This document shows positions 1-8,876 of a stretch of 51,677 nt of DNA, in pieces (the first letter of the stretch is position 1; every line of letters starts with the position of its first letter). Source of the stretch: a virus. Position numbers and translations under genes: made by a program. The DNA is taken from the IMG/VR virus record IMGVR_UViG_3300036770_006530, positions 1-51,677 of that record. The stretch is one strand, 5' to 3'. Below the pieces are notes generated by a model. It was given only the letters and a program-made list of their open reading frames with translations, had not been told where the DNA came from and did not search any database.

Positions 1-127
1 CCGGTGGTGACATTGTTGACCTGCGCCGACAGGGCAGTGATGGCGCTGGCATTGGCGCTGTCACCACTTGCCCGTGCCGACGCCTCCGTGGCAATCGCGG
101 CATGGGCGGCGGGCAGACCGGTGGTGA
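1..127. repeat. Terminal overlap copy A (identical to 51551..51677)
   Basis: Compared base by base with the last 127 nt and found identical. The length is typical of an assembler k-mer overlap on a circular contig. Confidence 0.9.
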
Positions 128-600
128 CATTGTTGACCTGCGCCGACAGGGTGCTGATGGCGCTGGCATTGGCGCTGTCACCACTGGCTCTTGCCGACGC
201 CTCCGTGGCAATCGCGGCATGGGCGGCGGGCAGACCGGTGGTGATGTTATTGACCTGCGCCGACAGGGTGCTGATGGCACTGGCATTGGCGCTGTCACCA
301 CTGGCTCTTGCCGACGCCTCTGTCGTGATGGCGGCATGAGCGGCGGGCAGGCCGGTAGTGACATTATTGACCTGCGCCGATAGGGTAGTGATTGCGCTGG
401 CATTGGCACTATCGGCACTGGCCCGCGTCGACATCTCCGTCGTGATCGCTGCTTCGGCGCCACCAACCCTTGACACCAGCGTGGTGATTTCGCTGGCAAG
501 CGCTCCATCCGCATTGATCCGCGCGTTTTGTTCGTTCTGGATGGCCGCCACGGCACCGCTGGCCACAGCGGACACGGTGGTGATTTGACTGGCCAAGGCA
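1..600. repeat. Tandem 120-bp repeats (about 3 near-perfect units 1..360, then degenerating copies to about 600) inside the J-like gene
   Basis: Units 1..120, 121..240 and 241..360 differ at only a few positions. On the minus strand each unit encodes a 40-aa repeat, TTGLPAAHAAIATEASARASGDSANASAITALSAQVNNV. Confidence 0.9.
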
Positions 601-3278
601 CCGTCCGCCGTCTGGCGAGCGGAACTTTCCTGACTGATGGCCGTTCCCCGCGCCTGGGCTTCGGCGACCAGGGCATCGACCCGGGCTTGTGCCTCTGCCT
701 GAAGGCGAGCAGCGACGCTGCCCGCCACGATGGCCGGGGCGTCCACCAGATCGATGCGACCCGACAGTACCTCGGTCAACTGATCTGGCCCGATGATCCG
801 TTCCGCCAGATCGTCGGCGACGATGGACAGGGCCGTCACCTCCACCGCCGGCGTGAAGGTCAGGCTATCCTCGCCAAAGGCATCGGTCTGGGCCAGCTGC
901 ACCCACAGCTTGGTGCCGGCTGCAAAGGGCAGCACCTTGTCCGTGTCCGGCCCGCGATAGATCAGGTGGTCCGGATCGATGGGCACGGGCAACGCGTCCG
1001 ACGCATAGACCACAGCACCCCGCCAGTCATTATCCACGGTCGGGCGGTATGCCACCCGAATTCCCAGCGTCTCACCGCTGATCGCCACATTCTGCGGCAG
1101 ACCCGGCGCGGGGTTCGAGACAGTCAGGGAGGCGGTGCCCACCTCCCCCCCGACCTTGGGCGCCATCGAGACATCAAAGCGCAGGCGGCGGCGGGGGCCA
1201 CCATCCCGGACATTGGCGTCAAAGCTGTAAATGTATTCGCTCGCCAGCTGCGGCCCCTCCGTCCGCAGCACCCGCCCCGTGTCTGGATCGATCACGCGGA
1301 TCATATAGCCGGACAGGTACGGGTTGGCCGTCGCGGTCCCCGCCCCGAACGGTTCCTGACCAAAGGGCTGGGCCGTGTCCGGGAACACCCCATCCCAGAC
1401 CAGACGGACATCCTTGCCTTCGAATGTCGTGTCCAGACCCTGCCCGAACAGCTCCAACCGCACAACCCGCGCACCGGTGATGCCGCTGGTCACCTCCACC
1501 AGCTGCGCCGGCAACCAGGGGCTGGTGACACCCCGGACATTCTGGACAGCAGCGGACACTGCATAGGTCGCCCCGTCACGGACTTCGATCGTGGTCACAC
1601 TGGCGCCTGCCGGCAGGATGCGCACCTGCCATTCGGTGTCGGCCGCCAGACGCCAGCGCACCAGATAGTCGCGGGCATCCGCATCCGGAGAGGCACCGAC
1701 GGTCACCGCCAGGACCGGCGCCACGCTGCCATCGGCCAGGACGGCAGTCTGCGCCAGGGCCGTCAGGCTGGCGGGGGCGGCGACCACTGACGGATCGGGC
1801 AGATTGGTGCGGGGAGGAACGGGCAAGGCCTGTTCTTCTGCGGACGTCCAGGCATAGTCGGCCGCCACCTCCTCCCGCAGCAGCAGATCGATGCCGCCTT
1901 CTGATGCCAGCTCCCAGCTTTCGACCCGGAATGGCTTTTCGTCCCAGCCCATGGCCACCAAGGTCACCGGCACGACGTCACCCACCCGCAGGGTCATGCA
2001 GCGCCAGTTGCCCGGCCATTGCACACTGCCCCGGCGCGACCGGCGCAGGGCGATCTTAGCCAACCGTTGTGCCCGGGCAGGGTCGGTGACCGGCGGCAGC
2101 TCGATATCCATTTCCAACCGCTCGCCATCGGCGGCGATCAGCGCATCATCTTCTACGGTCGGAAAATCGGTCGCCACCCACCCCTGATCAGGGCTGATGA
2201 ACCGACCCTTCACGCAGTTCGCCAGATCCTGGCGGGGCGGGTCCATGTCGATGGTGGGTGCCCCGCGCAGATGATCGGCAGTCAGCACCAGGCCGCCGGG
2301 TGCGGGAGCCTGATAGGCGGCGGGGTAGAGACGCCACGCACCGCGCGTATAGGACAGGCTGGCCATGCCGGCACCCAGCATCTGTTCGACCGCGTCGCCG
2401 GGCGCGCCATCCAGCGACAGGGAGATATTGGCCGTGTAGCGGCGCTGGGTCGTGTCGCTGCCGGAAATGGAAATCGGCACCGGCTCATCACACAGGTTGG
2501 CGGCGGCCACGATGGCTGCATCATCAACCTCGTCATCATCGCTGGCATAGCCATAGTCGCCGCGCAGGAAGTCCCGCACGCACAGCGCGAAGTTATCGCT
2601 CCACGCTTTCTCGCCCGTGCGCGGGTCGTAGACTTTTTGGCCTTTCACCACGGCGGTGATGGGCGGCAGGCCGTCCGGCCAGGTATCCGGCCCCTTCTTC
2701 TTGTCCCACAGCATACGAACATAGAGCGCCGCGACACCTTCCAGCCGGTGGGAGGAGGTCCAACCAACACCGGCCGCCACCAGAGAGGCGGGAGCCTGTT
2801 GGCCGGCGGCACCGGTCAGTTTTTCGACATACAAGGCGTTCTGCAGGCGATGCCCCACTTGCGGCACATAGCCAGCCCCAGAGGGCACCAGCGGCACGAT
2901 TTCATCGCCGACATAAAGGTCACCGATCTCTTCGACCCCATCGGCATCAGTACGGGCAAGGGCCAGCACCTGGTGCAGGTAGCCGTTGGACAGCCCGCCG
3001 CCGGGGCCGGAGGCCGCGAAGACACGCAAGGATCGGACACGGGTCTGGCCATAGACGACGTTCTGCGGCTCCGTGCCGGACGCCAGCGAAATGTTGGAGG
3101 ATCTGTCCAGCCCCGAAAACCGGGGCGTCTTCATCAGGGTGCCCGACACAGCAGCAGACGCCGCCACCGCTGCTGCTGCCCAGTAGGCAGCATTCAAGCC
3201 ACCCGTGGCCCAGGTCACCGCGAAGGTAATGGCGATCTGGGGCAGCGCCCGGATGACCGATTTTGCGGCTTTTGCCAT
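1..3278 (-). CDS. Host-specificity / central tail fibre protein (lambda J-like), N-terminal 1092 codons; continues at 50479..51677 across the circular junction
   Basis: The minus-strand frame is open from the ATG at 3278 to the left edge. It is absent from the ORF track because it has no in-window stop. My translation starts MAKAAKSVIRALPQIAITF and continues through DFLRGDYGYASDDD, VESWELASEGGIDLLL and VRWRLAADTEWQV. 3278+1072 nt gives 1450 codons in frame with the right-end piece. Confidence 0.8.
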   Translation of the reverse strand, partial: MAKAAKSVIRALPQIAITFAVTWATGGLNAAYWAAAAVAASAAVSGTLMKTPRFSGLDRSSNISLASGTEPQNVVYGQTRVRSLRVFAASGPGGGLSNGYLHQVLALARTDADGVEEIGDLYVGDEIVPLVPSGAGYVPQVGHRLQNALYVEKLTGAAGQQAPASLVAAGVGWTSSHRLEGVAALYVRMLWDKKKGPDTWPDGLPPITAVVKGQKVYDPRTGEKAWSDNFALCVRDFLRGDYGYASDDDEVDDAAIVAAANLCDEPVPISISGSDTTQRRYTANISLSLDGAPGDAVEQMLGAGMASLSYTRGAWRLYPAAYQAPAPGGLVLTADHLRGAPTIDMDPPRQDLANCVKGRFISPDQGWVATDFPTVEDDALIAADGERLEMDIELPPVTDPARAQRLAKIALRRSRRGSVQWPGNWRCMTLRVGDVVPVTLVAMGWDEKPFRVESWELASEGGIDLLLREEVAADYAWTSAEEQALPVPPRTNLPDPSVVAAPASLTALAQTAVLADGSVAPVLAVTVGASPDADARDYLVRWRLAADTEWQVRILPAGASVTTIEVRDGATYAVSAAVQNVRGVTSPWLPAQLVEVTSGITGARVVRLELFGQGLDTTFEGKDVRLVWDGVFPDTAQPFGQEPFGAGTATANPYLSGYMIRVIDPDTGRVLRTEGPQLASEYIYSFDANVRDGGPRRRLRFDVSMAPKVGGEVGTASLTVSNPAPGLPQNVAISGETLGIRVAYRPTVDNDWRGAVVYASDALPVPIDPDHLIYRGPDTDKVLPFAAGTKLWVQLAQTDAFGEDSLTFTPAVEVTALSIVADDLAERIIGPDQLTEVLSGRIDLVDAPAIVAGSVAARLQAEAQARVDALVAEAQARGTAISQESSARQTADGALASQITTVSAVASGAVAAIQNEQNARINADGALASEITTLVSRVGGAEAAITTEMSTRASADSANASAITTLSAQVNNVTTGLPAAHAAITTEASARASGDSANASAISTLSAQVNNITTGLPAAHAAIATEASARASGDSANASAISTLSAQVNNVTTGLPAAHAAIATEASARASGDSANASAITALSAQVNNVTT

Positions 3279-3284
3279 GTAACC

Positions 3285-3692
3285 TCACACGCGCCAAGCG
3301 CGAACCGCGTTCGCCATCGGCACCGTGACCAGCCCTTCAGGGGCCATGGCCACAGCATCGATGCCGATGCAAATACCAAGGGCCGGACCGTCATCGCCCG
3401 GCAGTTCCACGATGTCGCCCCGCTGTGCCAGCAAGGGCGCGAGCGGGGGGCCGACCCGTTTGGTCACCAGCTCTGTCAGGCAGGCACAGCCGGCCCGGCG
3501 CACGACGGCGACAGACCCCGCCACGCTGCGGTAGCGTCCCCGCAGATCCGGCACCGGGTCCGTACCTGTGGCTTCCAGGATCCAGTCCGCCGCCAGCATC
3601 CCGCAATCGGCCGTGCCAAACGCGAAGGGCACGGCCTTGCGGGCGGCTACGAAGGCGGCCAGACGTTCCGGCCAATCAGCATGCCGCGCCAT
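3285..3692 (-). CDS. Tail-associated protein, possible NlpC/P60-like (gpK position)
   Basis: ATG at 3692 overlaps the upstream stop (TGATG). It sits between distal tail genes and the J-like gene. Contains FGTADCGMLAADWI with a candidate catalytic Cys. Confidence 0.5.
   Translation of the reverse strand: MARHADWPERLAAFVAARKAVPFAFGTADCGMLAADWILEATGTDPVPDLRGRYRSVAGSVAVVRRAGCACLTELVTKRVGPPLAPLLAQRGDIVELPGDDGPALGICIGIDAVAMAPEGLVTVPMANAVRAWRV
3300..3314. repeat. Dispersed palindrome GCGAAC-N3-GTTCGC, copy 1 (spacer CGC)
   Basis: Exact arms read in the sequence. About 21 nt upstream of the J-like ATG, inside the 3' end of 3285..3692. Confidence 0.9.
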
Positions 3693-4228
3693 CACCGCCC
3701 CCACACCACATTGCGATCAGCCATCTGCGCCACATACTCCATGCCCTGATCCAGCGGATGGCGGGCCTTCTGGGCGGCATCCGTAAAGCGCAGACCCTTG
3801 GGCCGGTCCCAGTCCGCCGTGCGGCTGGTCATGGTGACGGCGATGGTGGCCGTTTCCCCCAACCGGATAGTCTGCTGATCCATCCGGCCCTTGAACACCA
3901 GCAGCGGCTCGTCGATCACCTGATGCTGTGCATCCAGCAACGCCACCCAGACATAGCCGGGGCGGCCCCGGTAATTTTCGGTCAGCGCCGCCGCCACCGC
4001 TTCGGGGTCGATACCCGACAGCGACAGGGTCAGGGGACGGGCACCCTGCCCCGGTTGATCGCGCACCGGGTCCACGCCGCCGAACGTCCCGACCCCTTCA
4101 AACACCTGCCCCAGGGCCGTGATCGGAAAAGGCGCGCTGCACAGGCGCTGCACGCCGCTGGCATAATCCAGGGCGACCAGCAGCACGGGCCGGACAATGT
4201 CCGCCTGACTATGCGCAAGGTAACTCAC
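3692..4228 (-). CDS. Minor/distal tail protein (gpL position)
   Basis: GTG start in a GTGA overlap with the upstream stop. Assigned by synteny between the tape measure and the J-like gene. Confidence 0.5.
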   Translation of the reverse strand: MSYLAHSQADIVRPVLLVALDYASGVQRLCSAPFPITALGQVFEGVGTFGGVDPVRDQPGQGARPLTLSLSGIDPEAVAAALTENYRGRPGYVWVALLDAQHQVIDEPLLVFKGRMDQQTIRLGETATIAVTMTSRTADWDRPKGLRFTDAAQKARHPLDQGMEYVAQMADRNVVWGR

Positions 4229-4848
4229 GGTATCGCCTCCACGATGGAAAGACGGGTGACGGCCTTCGGGCCCGCCGCCAGCGACAGGGCCCCCTGATCG
4301 TCATCGACAAAGCGCATGATGGCCGACGGGTTGTTGCAGACCACGGCGGCCCCCACAGCGGGCTGCCGGCGCAGCGGTGGCTCAAAAGTCATGAGTGCAA
4401 GGCCGGACCCGTTCGCCTCTACATCAGCCACCAGGATCTTCAGTTCCTGGCGATCCGTCCCCGTCACGACATGTACCAGGTCACCGATGCGCAGCGAGGT
4501 GGTGGACGGCGGCAGGCCTGCCACGCGCAGCACCGTGCTGGACACGATCTGCGACACGGTCAGGGACCCCGCCACCTCCCCGCCTGCGGGCAGGGCTGCA
4601 TGGGGCGGGGTCAGCCGGAACCGACCGGCGGCCCCGCGCAACTGCGCCACCCAGGCCGACCAGGCGCGCCACCGATCCTCCCGCATGGGTGCCATCTGCA
4701 ACGTCGCGATCCACATGGCACCCGGCAGTTCCGCCGATTGTGTGGCGCGCGACAGCGGCGAGGTGAAGGTCTGCGTGTTGGCCTGGAGATGCCAGTCAAG
4801 CGCAGTCACCCGCCCAGCCAGGGCGGGCGGAAAGGTCAGGATCGCCAT
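4225..4848 (-). CDS. Minor/distal tail protein (gpM position)
   Basis: ATG at 4848 lies 1 nt after the tape-measure stop (TGAcATG). The track ORF 4225..4920 was trimmed to MAILTFPPAL. Confidence 0.5.
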   Translation of the reverse strand: MAILTFPPALAGRVTALDWHLQANTQTFTSPLSRATQSAELPGAMWIATLQMAPMREDRWRAWSAWVAQLRGAAGRFRLTPPHAALPAGGEVAGSLTVSQIVSSTVLRVAGLPPSTTSLRIGDLVHVVTGTDRQELKILVADVEANGSGLALMTFEPPLRRQPAVGAAVVCNNPSAIMRFVDDDQGALSLAAGPKAVTRLSIVEAIP

Positions 4849-4849
4849 G

Positions 4850-6943
4850 TCACATCCCGATATTGCGCAGCTTGCCTGTGCGCTTGGCTTCAGCCAATGC
4901 GGCCACGGTACGCTGACCAAAGGTTGAGCGCATTTCGTCCACCATGGCCCGCAGCTGTGCGATTTCCGCCGCCGTGCCGCCGGAGACGGAGAGGTTAAAT
5001 TCCTGTTTCAACGCCACGCCCGTGCCACCGCCCCCGGTACTTTCCGGGGCGATGACACCGGGGCGGATGGGCATGAAGAAACCGGGCGCAGAGCTATCCT
5101 CCGCGCGGCGTTCATTGACCATGTACAGCGTGTCGGGAAACACCTGCCCGCCGGCGGCACGCGGGCCACCGGCGCGGGTCAGGCCACCGAAATCGCGGTT
5201 GCCGAAATAGCCGGCCCCCGACGTGTTGCCCTCCATGACCTTACCGGGGGTCTGACCTGCCCCCATACTGCCGACCCAGGCATTGATGCCCTGGGCGATC
5301 CAGGACCCGATGCCGCCGCCGGTGGATTGCACCATGTACATGCGGATCAGTTCGTTTGCGACATCCATGATGATGGCGCGGACGCTGTCGCCCCAGGACT
5401 GAAACCCCGCCGCCGACCGCTGCAGGTTCTCCTGCAAACTACGGTCGATGGCGTCGCCGACCCGCGTGATGTTCTGCACCTGGGCGCGGGTGTTCGCCTC
5501 GATGATGCGCTTCACATCCGCCGCCTGATCCTCCAGCATCTTGCGCTGCGGCTCGCGCAGCTTGTTCGCATACTCCATCAGCTCACGGGCTGTCTGATCC
5601 AGGCTCTCGCGGGTCGCGCGTTCCTTGTCCCATTTGTCGCTTTCGAACTCGAACGACTGGACAGCCCGGCGGAACTGCGCCTTGGCATCCTTTACAGGGT
5701 CGGCATTGGGGTCGACGTAATCGTCGGCTGGTGTGCCGCCCCATGGCTTAACGACTGAATTGCCGGTGCCCTCCGGTGGTCCGCGCAGCAGGTCAAGGCG
5801 CGCTTGGTATTGGGCGCGCAGTCGCTCAAGGTCGCGGATTTCCTCTTCCAGTGATTGCCCAAACAGGGATCTCGTCCATGCGCTCAGTTGCGCGTCACTG
5901 CCGGCGAGGCCGCCCTGCGCTTGCTTGGCTGCCCAGTCACGCGCCTTAGCGTTCAGAACGCCCAACCGTTCGTCGATCTGCGCCAGCTCGTACAGAACGC
6001 GCTGTTGCCCGATCTCACCGAAGCCCTTGTAACCATCGGCGGCAACGCGGATCCATTTGGCGAAATCTGCCGCCAGCTGCGTCGCCGCAACAATGGAGGG
6101 CGCCAGATCAACAAAGGCCTGATTGAGGTTCAGATCGATGACACGGGACAGGCTGTCCAGTTCCGCCTTGGTCGCGGTGGCCCGGCGCAGAACGCTTTCC
6201 TCAACCACCACGCCCAAGCTCTGCGCCTCTGCCCGAAAGCGGGCAAGGCCGTCAGCCCCCTGTTTCAGCAGTGCGACCAGTTTTTCGCCGCCCTGGTCGC
6301 CGAAAATCTTGTCCGCGATATAGGCTTGTTCCGCTGACGTCTTGACCTGTGAAATACGGCTGGCCACCAGCTGAAACAGGCCTGGCAGATCTTTCAGCTT
6401 CGCCTTCACTTCGTCCTGACTAATGCCCAGCTTCTTGAAGCCCTCCGCCCCCTCACCCGTGCCATCAGCCGCTTCCGCTGCGCGTATCCCCAGCTCCTTC
6501 AACGCTTCATCGGCACTTTCGGCACCGATGCCGACCCGATCCGCAGCAAAGCGCAGTTCCTGCAGGGCGTTGGTCGTAACGCCCAGACGATCAGCGGTTT
6601 TTGCGACATCTGCAAAGCTGTCCACGGCCTGCCGCGCGCGAGCGATTGCGACACCAATACCGATGCTAACCGCCCCTATGCCCGCCGCCGCGACCATCCC
6701 CGCCGGACCAATGGATGAAAGCACATTGCCGACCGGGCCCGCCCTGCCAGCCAGACCTGACAGGCCGGACTGCACTTCCTGGCTTGCCGCATTGACCGCC
6801 TTCAGGCCCCCAGAGGCGGGCTTGGCACCCTCTTCGATGCGCCGGAGGGCCGCTTGGCCATCCTTGCCGAGAGCTTCCAGGGCACGTTTCACCGTGTCCT
6901 GATCCTTGACGGACAAGCGAATGGAGAGGTTGCGTTCGGTCAT
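4850..6943 (-). CDS. Tail tape measure protein
   Basis: 697 aa with long Ala/Gly/Leu-rich helical segments, hydrophobic GIGAVSIGIGVAIA stretches and a Gly-rich C-terminus. It lies downstream of the chaperone pair. Confidence 0.85.
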   Translation of the reverse strand: MTERNLSIRLSVKDQDTVKRALEALGKDGQAALRRIEEGAKPASGGLKAVNAASQEVQSGLSGLAGRAGPVGNVLSSIGPAGMVAAAGIGAVSIGIGVAIARARQAVDSFADVAKTADRLGVTTNALQELRFAADRVGIGAESADEALKELGIRAAEAADGTGEGAEGFKKLGISQDEVKAKLKDLPGLFQLVASRISQVKTSAEQAYIADKIFGDQGGEKLVALLKQGADGLARFRAEAQSLGVVVEESVLRRATATKAELDSLSRVIDLNLNQAFVDLAPSIVAATQLAADFAKWIRVAADGYKGFGEIGQQRVLYELAQIDERLGVLNAKARDWAAKQAQGGLAGSDAQLSAWTRSLFGQSLEEEIRDLERLRAQYQARLDLLRGPPEGTGNSVVKPWGGTPADDYVDPNADPVKDAKAQFRRAVQSFEFESDKWDKERATRESLDQTARELMEYANKLREPQRKMLEDQAADVKRIIEANTRAQVQNITRVGDAIDRSLQENLQRSAAGFQSWGDSVRAIIMDVANELIRMYMVQSTGGGIGSWIAQGINAWVGSMGAGQTPGKVMEGNTSGAGYFGNRDFGGLTRAGGPRAAGGQVFPDTLYMVNERRAEDSSAPGFFMPIRPGVIAPESTGGGGTGVALKQEFNLSVSGGTAAEIAQLRAMVDEMRSTFGQRTVAALAEAKRTGKLRNIGM

Positions 6944-6960
6944 ACTTCACCCATTGTCAC

Positions 6961-6975
6961 GCGAACGCGGTTCGC
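6961..6975. repeat. Dispersed palindrome copy 2 (spacer GCG)
   Basis: Intergenic, about 17 nt upstream of the tape-measure ATG (minus) and 45 nt upstream of the 7020 ATG (plus). Confidence 0.9.
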
Positions 6976-7019
6976 GCACGATTGCCCTAAGTGGTATGGG
7001 CGGGAGAAAGGCGCAGACG

Positions 7020-7313
7020 ATGACATTTATCTTGCTGCTATTTGTTACCATCACCTGTGGTGCCTATGCGCAAACAGCCAAGGGGCGCACTGGTGCCCTT
7101 TGGGGGGTAATCACTTTCATACTGGGCCTGATCTGGTGGGGCTTCCTTAGCGCTGTGACCTCGCTGCAAGCCCATGTGTTTGCCGGAATTGACGAAACGG
7201 CGATGTCCTTTGCCATGGCGCTGGTTGTCAATGTTCCGCTCTGGCTACTCATGGCCGTTATTGTGGCCACCCTTCCCAAACGTGGGCACGCTTCCCGCGA
7301 CACCCCCCGTTGA
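7020..7313 (+). CDS. Small integral membrane protein (about 3 hydrophobic helices), first gene of a reverse-oriented cassette
   Basis: ATG at 7020 preceded by GGGAGAAAGG. Hydrophobic stretches include FILLLFVTITCGAY, LWGVITFILGLIWWGFLSAV and LVVNVPLWLLMAVIVATL. The local sequence is visibly less GC-rich. Confidence 0.55.
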   Translation: MTFILLLFVTITCGAYAQTAKGRTGALWGVITFILGLIWWGFLSAVTSLQAHVFAGIDETAMSFAMALVVNVPLWLLMAVIVATLPKRGHASRDTPR

Positions 7314-7324
7314 TAGAGGCGTCT

Positions 7325-8098
7325 ATGTCAGGTCTGATCGTCTTCTGTCTTGTCATGGTTGTGGTCGTGTTCTTTGTCGCGGGGCCGGGTCGGCGCAGCC
7401 ACGAAGCCCCGGTAAAGAGAGACCCCATCAGCGACAGGGCCAAGGCCAGCATGGGCAAGGTCCTGCTGGACGGGCTTTCCTTGCAATGGAACATCCTTTA
7501 CCGGGACAGCAAGGGCGACCTTGTTGCCCGCGACATCACCGTCCGAGCGTTCATCGGTCGCAAGATTCCTTACTATGCGCAGGCGTTCTGCCATCTTCGG
7601 CAAGAAGAACGGCAATTCCAGTTCGACCGGATGGAGCGTGTCACCGACAAAGGGACGGGGCGGACAATCCGGTATCCGGGGGAATATGCCCGGTCCTATT
7701 GGGATGAAGCGCGTGGATACCTGAAAGCTGGCTCCACCTATCAGCGATACCTTGCACCACCTCCACCACCGCCGCCCCCACCACCGCCGCCACCCGTCAC
7801 GGTAGCCCATCTGTTAGATCCTGCAAGGCGGATCGGTATCCGGTGGGAGGAGGTGGATTTCACAGTGGAGGTAGCAGAGCACGGGTTGGTAAAGGATCGA
7901 CCTTATATCCGGGGCTGGGCAAAGCGGGCAGCGTTGGAGGGTAAACGGGCATGGTCCGGCAATAAGACGTTTGCCCTTCATCAACCGCACAGCCTGTTCG
8001 ATGCCGACACTGGGGAGGCCATTGCCAGCCTTGCCGACTGGTTGCGGACGGCTGAAGATCGGCCCGCTGGCGAAGGCTACCCGCCAGCATCATCCTGA
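7325..8098 (+). CDS. Membrane-anchored protein with two WYL-like beta-rich modules joined by a 13-proline linker
   Basis: ATG at 7325 with GAGG 6 nt upstream. N-terminal TM segment LIVFCLVMVVVVFFVAG. WYL-like signature YYAQAFCHLRQEERQFQFDRMERV. 13 consecutive Pro codons at 7757..7795. A second module reads YIRGWAKR...KTFALHQPHSLFD. Confidence 0.6.
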   Translation: MSGLIVFCLVMVVVVFFVAGPGRRSHEAPVKRDPISDRAKASMGKVLLDGLSLQWNILYRDSKGDLVARDITVRAFIGRKIPYYAQAFCHLRQEERQFQFDRMERVTDKGTGRTIRYPGEYARSYWDEARGYLKAGSTYQRYLAPPPPPPPPPPPPPVTVAHLLDPARRIGIRWEEVDFTVEVAEHGLVKDRPYIRGWAKRAALEGKRAWSGNKTFALHQPHSLFDADTGEAIASLADWLRTAEDRPAGEGYPPASS

Positions 8099-8451
8099 CG
8101 TTCAGACGCCTTCTCCAGCACGGCCTGCACCACCGGCCCCTCTGCGGCCTGGGCCAGCACCTTCACGGCATCGGCATCGATGTCCGCCGGCAGACGGGCC
8201 AGCAGCTGCGGCAGGTCCAAACCCGTGACTGTCCCGCCCATGCCGGCACGCAGCCAGCAGCCGGGCGATTGCAGGGCGGCATCCAGGGCGTGCCCCTCGA
8301 TGCTGGTCGGTGCCAGATCGATGCGGGGGCAGCGTTCGCCCTTGACCGTTCTGCCCCCATCCGCGCAGGGCGCGCCTTCATCCCGGCAGGATTTGCAGTA
8401 ATTGGCGCCGCCCCTTATGTCCCAGGCGAGGCGACGCCCGATGCGTTTCCC
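8077..8451 (-). CDS. T-like extension of the tail assembly chaperone, reached by a -1 frameshift (GT fusion spans 8077..8876)
   Basis: The -1 frame is open from the slippery site to the TAG at 8079..8077 and has no start codon of its own. It shows GC3-rich codon usage. Translation reads GGKRIGRRLAWDIRGGANYCKSCRDEGAPCADGG...VLEKASERQDDAGG. Confidence 0.7.
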   Translation of the reverse strand, partial: GKRIGRRLAWDIRGGANYCKSCRDEGAPCADGGRTVKGERCPRIDLAPTSIEGHALDAALQSPGCWLRAGMGGTVTGLDLPQLLARLPADIDADAVKVLAQAAEGPVVQAVLEKASERQDDAGG

Positions 8452-8876
8452 TCCGTCACCGCCTTGGATAGCGGGGCCAGATACTGATCAAGGAACTTCG
8501 CCGGCAGGTCGGGCCATTTCATCAGTTCGGCGATGATGGCGGGCGACACCGGCACTACCTGACCCGTCCCCGGATCCTCCACAGCCGCACCGCCCCATTC
8601 GATCACGGCCAATTCGGCCAGGGCCACCGCGTAGGCCGTGATGGAATGACCATGGGCCGCGTCCGGATCGGACAGGTCCAAAAGGCCCGTCACGTCGCCG
8701 CCGGCGGACACCACAGCCGTCACCTGTTCGGCCAAGGCCTTGCCCGCCGCGTATGCCTTGGCCTTTGCCGCCTCAATCAGCGGAGACATTGGCGGGCGCA
8801 CGCGCAGCCACAGTGGATAGGGCAGGCCCTCAATGTCGATGCGCGCCGGCCCCTTTGGCATTGTCAGGCGGATCAT
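8415..8876 (-). CDS. Tail assembly chaperone (lambda G-like)
   Basis: 153 aa lying between the tail tube gene and the tape measure. ATGA overlap with the upstream gene. Contains a slippery heptamer 10 codons before its stop. Confidence 0.75.
   Translation of the reverse strand: MIRLTMPKGPARIDIEGLPYPLWLRVRPPMSPLIEAAKAKAYAAGKALAEQVTAVVSAGGDVTGLLDLSDPDAAHGHSITAYAVALAELAVIEWGGAAVEDPGTGQVVPVSPAIIAELMKWPDLPAKFLDQYLAPLSKAVTEGNASGVASPGT
8445..8451 (-). promoter_or_regulatory. -1 programmed ribosomal frameshift slippery heptamer G GGA AAC
   Basis: GTTTCCC on the plus strand equals GGGAAAC on the minus strand. It sits in the X XXY YYZ phase of the 8415..8876 frame (codon low positions 8448 and 8445). 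Confidence 0.75.

Noticed and set aside
1-127. Terminal 127-nt repeat as a biological direct terminal repeat or LTR
   Set aside because: It lies inside a coding sequence whose frame continues across the junction, and 127 nt is a typical assembler overlap. It is better explained as circular closure.
1-600. Tandem repeats as a DGR variable/template pair or a CRISPR-like array
   Set aside because: There is no reverse transcriptase and no spacer-like unique segments. The repeats are in-frame coding units of one protein.
528-3749. Long plus-strand ORFs 528..1790 (420 aa) and 2019..3749 (576 aa)
   Set aside because: They are Arg/Gly/His/Pro-rich and low in complexity, which is typical of mirror frames in GC-rich DNA. 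The opposite strand carries a continuous, recognisable J-like frame with operon-consistent coupling.
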